The translations under genes and the position numbers were made by a program. A stretch of 60,846 nt of DNA. Source: Bacteroidota bacterium. Lineage in GTDB: Bacteria > Bacteroidota > Bacteroidia > 2-12-FULL-35-15. The stretch covers positions 1 through 60,846 of the forward strand of contig JAYTXX010000097.1 of assembly GCA_043742725.1 (NCBI GenBank). The letters are read 5' to 3'. Shown piece after piece: positions 18,755 through 27,134 of this stretch (its first letter is position 1; the number at the start of each line of letters is the position of its first letter). The notes under the pieces are model-generated. The model was not told the DNA's origin. It was given only the letters and a program-made list of their open reading frames with translations, and ran no database searches.

Positions 18755-20101
18755 CTAAAACTCTTTTTCTGTAAACTTTACCCCAAATGTTTCTAATTCA
18801 TTTAAAACGGGTTCGTAAATTTCTTTCGTAGTTGGAATTATAACCCCACGCTGTTTTATTTTATTTTGAAGAATTAGTTTTGCAGTAATTGCTAATGGCA
18901 AACCAACTGTTTTTGCCATTGCTGTGTATGTTTGGTCTTCGCCTTTTACAATTAGTGATGAGGTAATTTTTTTTAATTCAAATTTAGTTTTGTCGCTCGA
19001 TAAAAAATGTTTGTATTCAAATTGATGTTGCATCACAATCATGTCTTTATCGTGTGCTTGAAGTTTCCATTTTTCTTCCAATAAATCTTGAAGTATTTGT
19101 GCTGGTGTAGCATCTTTCAATTTAATTTTTGTGTCTTCAAAAATACCCAACCATTCTATTTTGCTCATTGTTTCAGCATCTATTTCTGTTCCCATAAATG
19201 CAGAAAGTTTTTCTTTTACAGATTGTTTTCCTGCGGGTAAAAATGCTTCTAACAATTTATTATATGTTAATGTTTCGGATGCTTCAATTTTGTAAGAATC
19301 ATCTGTTAAACCCAATTTTACAAATACATTCCAAGCTTTGCAATAGCCCGTATTGCGGAGTGTTCCGCGAAGCATAGTAGGAATGTGTTCAATGTTATAA
19401 AGTTTTCTGTACGACAAAGAATCACGATTTGCGTAAGCATCAAATTTCCCGAAGCCTTCTATTTCAATAGTATCAATTTGAGTGTACAATCGGTTGTAAG
19501 GAATGTATTTATAGGTTCCATTTTCAATGTATTGTGCAGTTCCTTGTCCTGCCAATACTACATTTCGTGGGTTCCAAGAAAATTTATATCCCCACGGATT
19601 ATCATTGCTTTCGGGTGCTACCAATCCTCCACAAAACGATTTGAATGAAGTTAATTCTCCACCTTTTATATGAATTTCATCAATTACTTTCATTGCGGAA
19701 GCATGGTCTATACCTGGGTCTAAACCAATTTCATTCATCAAAATTATTCCTGCTTTTTTTGCATCATCATTTAGTGCAGCCATTTCTTTTGAAACATAAG
19801 AAGCTGTGGCTAAATGTTTTTTGAAACGCACACAATCTTTTGCAACTTCTATGTGCATAAATGCTGGAAGCATTGAAATTACAATATCTGCACGTTGTAT
19901 TTCTTCTGCACGTTGTGCATCATTATGAATATCAAGCGCAATGGCTTTTGCATTACTGTGGTTACCAATTTTTTGTTTTGCTAATTCTATGGAAACATCG
20001 GCTACAGTTACATTCCAATTTTCTTTTGCCGAATTATTTAATAAATATTGAATTAATGATGATGCTGAACGTCCTGCTCCTATAACTAAAATATTTTTCA
20101 T
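18755..20101 (-). CDS. Saccharopine dehydrogenase family protein (NADP-binding)
   Basis: 448 aa. N-terminal Rossmann motif NILVIGAGRSASSLIQYLL, and a length and layout typical of the saccharopine reductase-like family. Confidence 0.7.
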   Translation of the reverse strand: MKNILVIGAGRSASSLIQYLLNNSAKENWNVTVADVSIELAKQKIGNHSNAKAIALDIHNDAQRAEEIQRADIVISMLPAFMHIEVAKDCVRFKKHLATASYVSKEMAALNDDAKKAGIILMNEIGLDPGIDHASAMKVIDEIHIKGGELTSFKSFCGGLVAPESNDNPWGYKFSWNPRNVVLAGQGTAQYIENGTYKYIPYNRLYTQIDTIEIEGFGKFDAYANRDSLSYRKLYNIEHIPTMLRGTLRNTGYCKAWNVFVKLGLTDDSYKIEASETLTYNKLLEAFLPAGKQSVKEKLSAFMGTEIDAETMSKIEWLGIFEDTKIKLKDATPAQILQDLLEEKWKLQAHDKDMIVMQHQFEYKHFLSSDKTKFELKKITSSLIVKGEDQTYTAMAKTVGLPLAITAKLILQNKIKQRGVIIPTTKEIYEPVLNELETFGVKFTEKEF

Positions 20102-20238
20102 ACCAATTTGTTTGAGGTTTCAAAGTTAAATTTAATTATTAATATTTTATGTTTCTTGTTTTATATGCAACAGTTGAAAAAAGTTTAAACATATTTTTTA
20201 AAATTATGTTATACAAATAAAAATTAACAAATTAAAAA

Positions 20239-20700
20239 ATGCTACACGTTAAAAAAACAACACAATTCCTAAAAGCCGATATAGAAACCGTTTGGAACTT
20301 TATGAGTTCTCCAAAAAATTTAAGCACTATAACTCCAAGTTATATGGGTTTTCATATCATTACCAACGAAGAGGAACTCAATACAATGTATGCAGGTCAA
20401 ATTATTGAATATTATGTTACACCTGTTTTAGGAATTAAAATACATTGGGTTACAGAAATTACACAAGCTGTACATCAGCAGTATTTTATAGATGAACAAC
20501 GCTTTGGTCCTTATAGCTTTTGGCATCACAAACATTTTTTAAAACAAGTAGATGGTGGAGTAGAAATGACTGATATTATTCATTACAAAATTCCATTTGG
20601 TTTTTTAGGAAAAATTATGAATTCACTTTTTATTAAACACAAACTCAACGAAATTTTTGATTATCGTTATCAAAAATTAGAAGAACTTTTTAATAAGTAA
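20239..20700 (+). CDS. SRPBCC-fold (START/polyketide-cyclase-like) protein
   Basis: 153 aa. N-terminal pattern ...FLKADIETVWNFMSSPKNLSTITP... is typical of the SRPBCC ligand-binding family. Confidence 0.5.
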   Translation: MLHVKKTTQFLKADIETVWNFMSSPKNLSTITPSYMGFHIITNEEELNTMYAGQIIEYYVTPVLGIKIHWVTEITQAVHQQYFIDEQRFGPYSFWHHKHFLKQVDGGVEMTDIIHYKIPFGFLGKIMNSLFIKHKLNEIFDYRYQKLEELFNK

Positions 20701-20781
20701 ATACTTTCACCTCGGTTTTTAAACTTTTATATCTTTGGCATAAATTTGGGTAGCAAAGTTTTTATAACTAATAAAAATCTC

Positions 20782-21732
20782 ATGAAAAAAATTACATTCT
20801 CCTTCGCAATGTTGCTAATGATAAGTGTTGTATCGTTTGCGCAAAATAATAGTCTTGTTGTTTATTCGCAAGATGGTTTGAAATTCACATTAATTTTAAA
20901 TGGCATTCGCCAAAATGGGCAACCAGAAACAAATGTGAAAGTAAACGGATTAAATGCTCAAAATTATCAAGTGAAATTAATTTTTGAAAATAAAATGGCT
21001 GATGTTAATCAAAATGCATATTTGATGTATGGTGGTGAAGCAACACAAAACACAGAATACACGTATGGTTTAGAAAATAAAAACGGAACATATAAATTAA
21101 AATTTAAAAGTGCTGCTCCAATGGCACAAGTTGTAAATACAGTTCCTGAACAACGAGTAGTGATGTATTCTCCCGTTGATGTAGTTAGTACAACAACTAC
21201 TACAACAAATGTTGTAGGCACGAATACACAAATGAATACAGGAAATGTAAATATGAATGTGAACGGAATGGGAGTAGGTGTGAACGTGAATGTAAATGGA
21301 ATGGAACCAATGGGAACCAATGTTACAAATACTTCTACCACCACTTACAGTTCTACAACAACAACTACTAACGGAGGAGGAATGAATAATGGAGGAGGAA
21401 ATACATATGTATTGCAAGGTTATAATGGTGTTTATGGCTGTCCATATCCAATGAGTCAAAATGATTTTGAAGCGGCAAAACAATCTATTAAATCAAAAGG
21501 ATTTGATGATACACGATTAACAATTGCAAAACAAATTATTGGAAGCAATTGCTTGCTTTGTACTCAAATAAAAGAAATGATGTTGCTTATGAGTTTTGAA
21601 GAAACCCGTTTAGAACTTGCAAAATTTGCTTGGCATCATAATTTAGATAAAGGAAATTATTATAAACTCAACGATGCTTTTTCTTTTGAATCGTCAATTG
21701 ATGAATTAAATCAATACACTCAAAGCCATTAA
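20782..21732 (+). CDS. Secreted DUF4476-like protein with a T/N/G/V low-complexity linker
   Basis: Start moved to the ATG at 20782 (MKKITFSFAMLLMISVVSFAQ). The C-terminal about 100 aa (MSQNDFEAAKQSIKSKGFDDTRLTIAKQII...ETRLELAKFAWHHNLDKGNYYKLNDAF) resemble the DUF4476 repeat. The middle is NVNMNVNGMGVGVNVNVNG / STTTTT low complexity. Confidence 0.6.
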   Translation: MKKITFSFAMLLMISVVSFAQNNSLVVYSQDGLKFTLILNGIRQNGQPETNVKVNGLNAQNYQVKLIFENKMADVNQNAYLMYGGEATQNTEYTYGLENKNGTYKLKFKSAAPMAQVVNTVPEQRVVMYSPVDVVSTTTTTTNVVGTNTQMNTGNVNMNVNGMGVGVNVNVNGMEPMGTNVTNTSTTTYSSTTTTTNGGGMNNGGGNTYVLQGYNGVYGCPYPMSQNDFEAAKQSIKSKGFDDTRLTIAKQIIGSNCLLCTQIKEMMLLMSFEETRLELAKFAWHHNLDKGNYYKLNDAFSFESSIDELNQYTQSH

Positions 21733-21749
21733 TTAATAGTTGAAAATAA

Positions 21750-21787
21750 AAAAGGATAAGAAATTTTTTTTCTTATCCTTTTTTGTT
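21750..21787. terminator. Bidirectional rho-independent terminator
   Basis: aaggataaga (21752-21761), loop aattttttt, tcttatcctt (21771-21780), then a T-tract. Lies between convergent genes. Confidence 0.8.
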
Positions 21788-21801
21788 TCTTTAAATGTGT
21801 T

Positions 21802-23202
21802 TTAATTTACTTCAACTTTCTTTTCAATTTCTATGTATTCTGTATTGGCTGGAACACTTTCCAATTCACTAAAAAACTCTTCTCCATTTATTTGATAAGA
21901 AAGTTTGTAGTTGCTGTTTGGTGGAATTATGATTGTAAAACTTCCATCTTTCATAGGCTTATAAACTCCAGTAACAATGCCACTTTCATTATCAGATGCA
22001 ATAATATCAATAGTCGTAGGTAGTGTTTTTCCATTTTTCGCAACTAATAATCCTTTAATTAACAACAAGGGTTGTTTTTTTCTTTCAGGAAAATTTATTG
22101 CATAAATATCAGTTTCTCCAAAACCATCAGGGCGGTTTGTTGCATAGTATCCACGTTTTCCATCAGGCGAAGTAACAAAATCTAAATCATCACTAGTTGT
22201 GTTAATTGGATATCCAATATTCAAAGGAGTACTCCAACCATTTTCAGTTTTTTCTGAAAAAAATACATCATAACCTCCAATTGTTTTATGCCCTTTTGAA
22301 CTAAAAAAAAGTACATTTCCACTTGGATGCAAAAAAGGAGATTCTTCATCAAATGCTGTATTTATAGGTGCTCCAATGTTTTGTGCTTTTCCCCACTGTC
22401 CGTTTGGAAGTTTTTTGCAAAACCAAATATCTTTTCCGCCCAAACCACCTGGTGCATCGCTTGCAAAAAAAAGTGTATTGCCGTCAGCTGTAATGCCTGA
22501 ATTTGTTTTGTTCTCAATTTTCGAATCTAATTTTTGTGGTTTTGTCCAAGACAAATCATTGTTTTTATAACAGATAAAAGTTTCTTCTTTTTTTTCTTTT
22601 TTTGATTTAAACAAAAGTGTTTTTTCGTCAATTGAAATTAGTGGATTGTATTCCGAAAATGTTGTATTGATAGCATTTCCCAAATTTTTTATTTCAAAAT
22701 TTCTTGGAGCTGCTACCAATTCTTTTGCATTTATGCAAGTTTCAATTTGGTAATCTACATCAGCTATTTGTTCATTTTGGTTGGGCTGTAAATAGGTTTT
22801 ATATTTTTCGTAATTTTTAATTGCCCTATCGAAATTATAAAGTAAGTGCAGGGTTTGTGCATAGTAATAATAAGCATTTGACGGAGCTCCTTTTTCGGAG
22901 ATAGATTCAATAGTATAATTTTGAGAATTGATGTTTTTTAAAGCATTTTCAAAATGTGCTAATGCTTTTTGTTTTTCACTGTTTGAGTATAAAAAACAAA
23001 TTCCAATTTTATAATTCAAATTGGAATTTGTGGAATCGATTTTATATAATTGAGTAAATATTTTTACAGCTTCGTCATAATTTTTTTTCAAAAATGAATT
23101 ATTCGCTTCGGCAAAGTTATGCTGAAAAGTAGTGTTGTCTTGAGATTTTAAAAATCCACACAAAACGGTTAATGAAAAAAATAAAAGCAACTTTTTGTTC
23201 AT
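21802..23202 (-). CDS. TPR + PD40 (TolB-like beta-propeller repeat) protein, lacking an OmpA domain
   Basis: 466 aa with a signal peptide. The N-terminal TPR region (YKIDSTNSNLNYKIGICFLY) is paralogous to the next gene. PD40-like repeats include EESPFLHPSGNVLFFSSKGHKTIGGYDVFF. Confidence 0.7.
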   Translation of the reverse strand: MNKKLLLFFSLTVLCGFLKSQDNTTFQHNFAEANNSFLKKNYDEAVKIFTQLYKIDSTNSNLNYKIGICFLYSNSEKQKALAHFENALKNINSQNYTIESISEKGAPSNAYYYYAQTLHLLYNFDRAIKNYEKYKTYLQPNQNEQIADVDYQIETCINAKELVAAPRNFEIKNLGNAINTTFSEYNPLISIDEKTLLFKSKKEKKEETFICYKNNDLSWTKPQKLDSKIENKTNSGITADGNTLFFASDAPGGLGGKDIWFCKKLPNGQWGKAQNIGAPINTAFDEESPFLHPSGNVLFFSSKGHKTIGGYDVFFSEKTENGWSTPLNIGYPINTTSDDLDFVTSPDGKRGYYATNRPDGFGETDIYAINFPERKKQPLLLIKGLLVAKNGKTLPTTIDIIASDNESGIVTGVYKPMKDGSFTIIIPPNSNYKLSYQINGEEFFSELESVPANTEYIEIEKKVEVN

Positions 23203-23234
23203 CAGAAATTTTATCTCAAAATGTTATAACTATG

Positions 23235-25514
23235 TTATTCAATAATTTTTAATTCAACTCTTCTGTTTGTTTGCATTCCATTTGGATCTGGTTTCCCGTT
23301 AGCAAGTGTGTTCGACACTTTTGGCATACTTGCTCCAAATCCTTTTGATTGTAAACGATTTGTTGCAATTCCTTTTTTTACCAATGCATCCACAACTGCC
23401 TTTGAACGGGCTTGAGATAAAGCTAAATTTGCTACATCATTTCCTTTATTATCCGTATGTCCATCTACTTCAATATTTATCTCTTTGTATTCATTCATCA
23501 ATTTGAAAAGTTTTTCAATTTCAATATTCGATTCTTTTCTTAAAGTAGATTTATTAGAATCGAAGAATATATTGTTAAGTGTAATTTTTGCACCAATTTT
23601 TACTTTTTCTAAAACAATATCTTTTGTAATAGCCGAAAATTGTGGTTCTTTAGGCACATTCACATTTTCCGATTGAAATAAATAGTTTGGAGCTTCGTAT
23701 GACACATTGTAGTTTTGACCTCTATTCAAAACAAAATAATAAGAACCTGAATCGGACGAAACAAGAATAGTATTAATTAATTGTCCTGTTAAGTTATCTT
23801 CAATTACAATTTTTGCATCTGGAATAATTTTTCCTTCATTGTTTTTAATTGTTCCTTTTACGCTAATTGTACCCAATTTTTTACTTTCAAAATTAATAGG
23901 TTTTAGGAACAATTCTTTTTCAATTTCTTGATAGGTCGAATTTCCAGGAACATTAAATGTTTCATTAATCGGTTCAAATCCACTTGCTTCGTAGGTAATA
24001 ATATAATCTTTGCCTTCTTTTCCAGCATTCAATATTAAAATAAATTTTCCAGTTCTTGGATTTGGTTTTACACTTTGTACAAGTTCTCCACTTATTTTTT
24101 CAGAAACATTAATTTTTACATCATCAGGCATTTTTGTGGAGCCATCAAATGTTAATGAACCTTTTAGTAATGTTAACGGTTCTGCAATTGATTGTTCAAA
24201 GTTTATCATATAAATATCTTTTTCTCCAAAACCACTTTTTCTTGCCGATGAAAAATATCCCACTTTTCCGTTAGTAGATTGAATGTAAAAAATATCATCA
24301 TCAGTAGTGTTGATGGGATACTTGAGGTTTTCAGGTTCCGACCATTTGCCTTCCGAATCTTTTGTTGTTTTAAAAATATCAAAACCGCCCATATTTTTAT
24401 GACCTTGTGAGCTAAAAAAAAGCGTTACTCCATCAGGGTGAAGGAATGGTGCATCCTCATCATACGCAGTATTAACAGAAGGTCCAAGGTTTGTTGGCAA
24501 AGACCATTGTCCGTTTGGTAATTTTTTTGATTGCCAAATATCTCGTTTCCCAAAACCTCCCGGTCTGTCGCTTACAAAATAAAGTATATTTCCATCTGAG
24601 CTTAATGTTGCACTTGTTTCCCAATATTTAGTGTTTATATTTTCGTTCATACAAACAAGATATCCCCAACCATTTTCTTGTAATTGGCTGTAAAAAATAT
24701 CTCCGCCATCTTTCGATTCTCCATCATCTCTATAAACAAATAATTGTTGTCCATCTGATGTTAGAGAGAGAGCAGCTTCGCTTCCACTGGTATTTACATT
24801 CGTTCCAATTGATTTAGCAGAACCCCACTTTCCATCTTTTTGTTTTTGAGAAATATAAATATCTTCAAAAAATTGTCCATCGTCAGTTTTATCTCCTCCT
24901 GTGCTGCCTGGTCTGCGAGATGTGAAAGTTAGAGTTGAACCATCTGAAGAAACAATTGGTCCATAATCGGGATAAGGGGTATTAATGCTATCACCTAAAT
25001 TCAAAATTGAAACTTTCAATGTATCTTTCATAAAACTAACAGCATTACTATTGCCTTCCATTATTTTGTCTAAATCTTTTACAATATCTTTATTTCTGCT
25101 TCCAACCACATCTTTGAATTTTTGCAAGTAGGTATTTGATTCATTAAAGCGGTAATCTAATCTATAAGCATCACCAAGTAGTTGATATGCTTGGTCTGGA
25201 GCACTTTTTTCTCTTGGGTCTGTAGCATCGTAGTTATGGCTAACATTTTGTACTGCTTTTTCTAAAAAGGGTAGTGATTTTTTTTTGTCAGATACGGACA
25301 TCAAATAGCACAATCCTATTTTGTAATTGATATTTGAGTTTGACGAATCTATTTTATAAGCATCTAAAAAATAGGTAAGGGCTGTTGGATAATTTTCCTC
25401 CAACACCAAGTAATTTCCTTGTGTCATTTTTTCGCGATAATCGCCTTTGCCACCTTGCCCAAAAACATAATTGCTACTTATGTAAATGCATAGTATAATA
25501 ATTAATTTTTTCAT
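23235..25514 (-). CDS. OmpA-family protein with N-terminal TPR and PD40 repeats
   Basis: 759 aa. PD40 repeats (EDAPFLHPDGVTLFFSSQGHKNMGGFDIF). C-terminal OmpA/MotB peptidoglycan-binding domain (NNIFFDSNKSTL...EVDGHTDNKGNDVANLALSQARSKAV...NRRVELKI). Confidence 0.85.
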   Translation of the reverse strand: MKKLIIILCIYISSNYVFGQGGKGDYREKMTQGNYLVLEENYPTALTYFLDAYKIDSSNSNINYKIGLCYLMSVSDKKKSLPFLEKAVQNVSHNYDATDPREKSAPDQAYQLLGDAYRLDYRFNESNTYLQKFKDVVGSRNKDIVKDLDKIMEGNSNAVSFMKDTLKVSILNLGDSINTPYPDYGPIVSSDGSTLTFTSRRPGSTGGDKTDDGQFFEDIYISQKQKDGKWGSAKSIGTNVNTSGSEAALSLTSDGQQLFVYRDDGESKDGGDIFYSQLQENGWGYLVCMNENINTKYWETSATLSSDGNILYFVSDRPGGFGKRDIWQSKKLPNGQWSLPTNLGPSVNTAYDEDAPFLHPDGVTLFFSSQGHKNMGGFDIFKTTKDSEGKWSEPENLKYPINTTDDDIFYIQSTNGKVGYFSSARKSGFGEKDIYMINFEQSIAEPLTLLKGSLTFDGSTKMPDDVKINVSEKISGELVQSVKPNPRTGKFILILNAGKEGKDYIITYEASGFEPINETFNVPGNSTYQEIEKELFLKPINFESKKLGTISVKGTIKNNEGKIIPDAKIVIEDNLTGQLINTILVSSDSGSYYFVLNRGQNYNVSYEAPNYLFQSENVNVPKEPQFSAITKDIVLEKVKIGAKITLNNIFFDSNKSTLRKESNIEIEKLFKLMNEYKEINIEVDGHTDNKGNDVANLALSQARSKAVVDALVKKGIATNRLQSKGFGASMPKVSNTLANGKPDPNGMQTNRRVELKIIE

Positions 25515-25556
25515 AGAGTAAAATTATTCAAGTTAAAATCTAATTTTTTCTGTTGT

Positions 25557-26873
25557 TTAAAACTCACGATTTATATCAAATTGTTCCAAGTAATCGGCAA
25601 CACGTCTAACAAATTGTCCACCCAAAGAACCATCTACAACACGGTGGTCGTATGAATGTGATAAAAACATAAAATGACGAATGCCAATTAAATCTCCGTG
25701 TGGCGTTTCAATCACAGCAGGTTTCTTTTTTATTGCGCCCACAGCCATAATTGCTACTTGTGGTTGATTAATAATTGGTGTTCCCATTACATTTCCAAAT
25801 GAACCAACATTTGTAATGGTGTATGTTCCACCTTGAATTTCATCTGGAGCTAATTTTCCAGCACGTGCACGATTTGCCAAATCATTTACTTGTTTTGTAA
25901 TGCCAACCAAATTTAAAGTGTCAGCATTTTTTATAACTGGTACAATTAAATTACCTGTTGGTAATGCTGCTGCCATTCCAATATTTATATTTTTTCGTTT
26001 GATAATTTTTGTTCCATCCAACGAAATATTTATCATCGGAAAATCTTTAATTGCTTTTACTAAAGCTTCAATAAAAATTGGAGTATATGTTAATTTTTCT
26101 CCTTCACGTTTTTCAAAATCTTTTTTCACTTTCTCTCTCCAAAGTACAATGTTTGTAACATCGGCTTCCACAAAGGAAGTAACGTGTGGCGAAGTATGTT
26201 TGCTCATCACCATGTGGTCGGCAATGAGTTTACGCATTCTATCCATTTCAATAATTTCATCGCCTGCACCTACTGCTATTGCTGGTTTTGCATGTGATAC
26301 ACCATTGCTCGATGCACTTGCAATTTCTTTAATTACTTGAGCTGGAGCAACTACATTTACTTGTTTTCCTTTGTTTGGAATATATGCTAAAATATCATTT
26401 TTAGTAACTCTTCCATTTGCACCTGTTCCTGAAATGCTTTCTAATTCAGCTATCGAAACGCCTTCTGTCTTTGCAATATTGCGAACAAGCGGAGAGAAAA
26501 ATTTCCCTGAACTTGAATTTTTTTCAATAGAAACAACTTCTTTTACAGGAGAAGTAGCAACTTCTTTAACGCTGTTTGTGGTAGTTGCAGCTGGAGTTTT
26601 GCTAGCTGGAGTACTTTCCACAACTGCATTTACATCTGTTGAAATAATAGCAATTGCTTTTCCAACTTGCACCACATCGCCTTCATTAAACAATCGTTTA
26701 ATAAGTGTTCCTTCCGCTGTTGATGGTATTTCTGAATCTACTTTATCTGTTGCTATTTCAAGAACTGTTTCGTCTGCAGCTATTTTGTCGCCTTCTTTTT
26801 TTAACCATTTAATAATTGTTGCTTCTGCAACACTTTCGCCCATTTTAGGCATTATCAACTCTACTTGTGCCAT
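25557..26873 (-). CDS. 2-oxoacid dehydrogenase complex E2 component (dihydrolipoamide acyltransferase)
   Basis: 438 aa. Lipoyl domain (LEIATDKVDSEIPS), E3/E1-binding domain (SPLVRNIAKTEGVSIAEL) and catalytic domain ending LSHSYDHRVVDG. Confidence 0.85.
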   Translation of the reverse strand: MAQVELIMPKMGESVAEATIIKWLKKEGDKIAADETVLEIATDKVDSEIPSTAEGTLIKRLFNEGDVVQVGKAIAIISTDVNAVVESTPASKTPAATTTNSVKEVATSPVKEVVSIEKNSSSGKFFSPLVRNIAKTEGVSIAELESISGTGANGRVTKNDILAYIPNKGKQVNVVAPAQVIKEIASASSNGVSHAKPAIAVGAGDEIIEMDRMRKLIADHMVMSKHTSPHVTSFVEADVTNIVLWREKVKKDFEKREGEKLTYTPIFIEALVKAIKDFPMINISLDGTKIIKRKNINIGMAAALPTGNLIVPVIKNADTLNLVGITKQVNDLANRARAGKLAPDEIQGGTYTITNVGSFGNVMGTPIINQPQVAIMAVGAIKKKPAVIETPHGDLIGIRHFMFLSHSYDHRVVDGSLGGQFVRRVADYLEQFDINREF

Positions 26874-27134
26874 TTCTTTGTATGAAATTCTGATTAATGA
26901 ATAATGCTCTTTTTTTAGATGCTACAAAAATAAGATTTTATTTTACTTGGGCAATTCATTTCTCGGGTGGTTTTTGTCATATTTATTTTTTTGAAAATAA
27001 TTAGAAATTCAAATTTTTTCAACTCATCAACATCATTTCGTTGATAATTAAAAAATGTAAAAAATAATTAAGCAGTCTTTGAACTTAATTTTAGCACATT
27101 ATTTATTCTGCTTTTCAACAATTTTATTTTGCTG

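Noticed and set aside
21009-21483. Minus-strand ORFs (111 and 128 aa) opposite the DUF4476-like gene
   Set aside because: They arise from the low-complexity T/N/V/G repeat region. They have no start context or motifs, while the + strand frame has a signal peptide and a recognisable C-terminal domain.
25900-26904. Two long + strand ORFs (146 and 177 aa) opposite the E2 acyltransferase gene
   Set aside because: These are antisense shadow ORFs inside a gene with unmistakable lipoyl, PSBD and catalytic motifs. Their translations are low-complexity (S/T/A/I rich) with no motifs.
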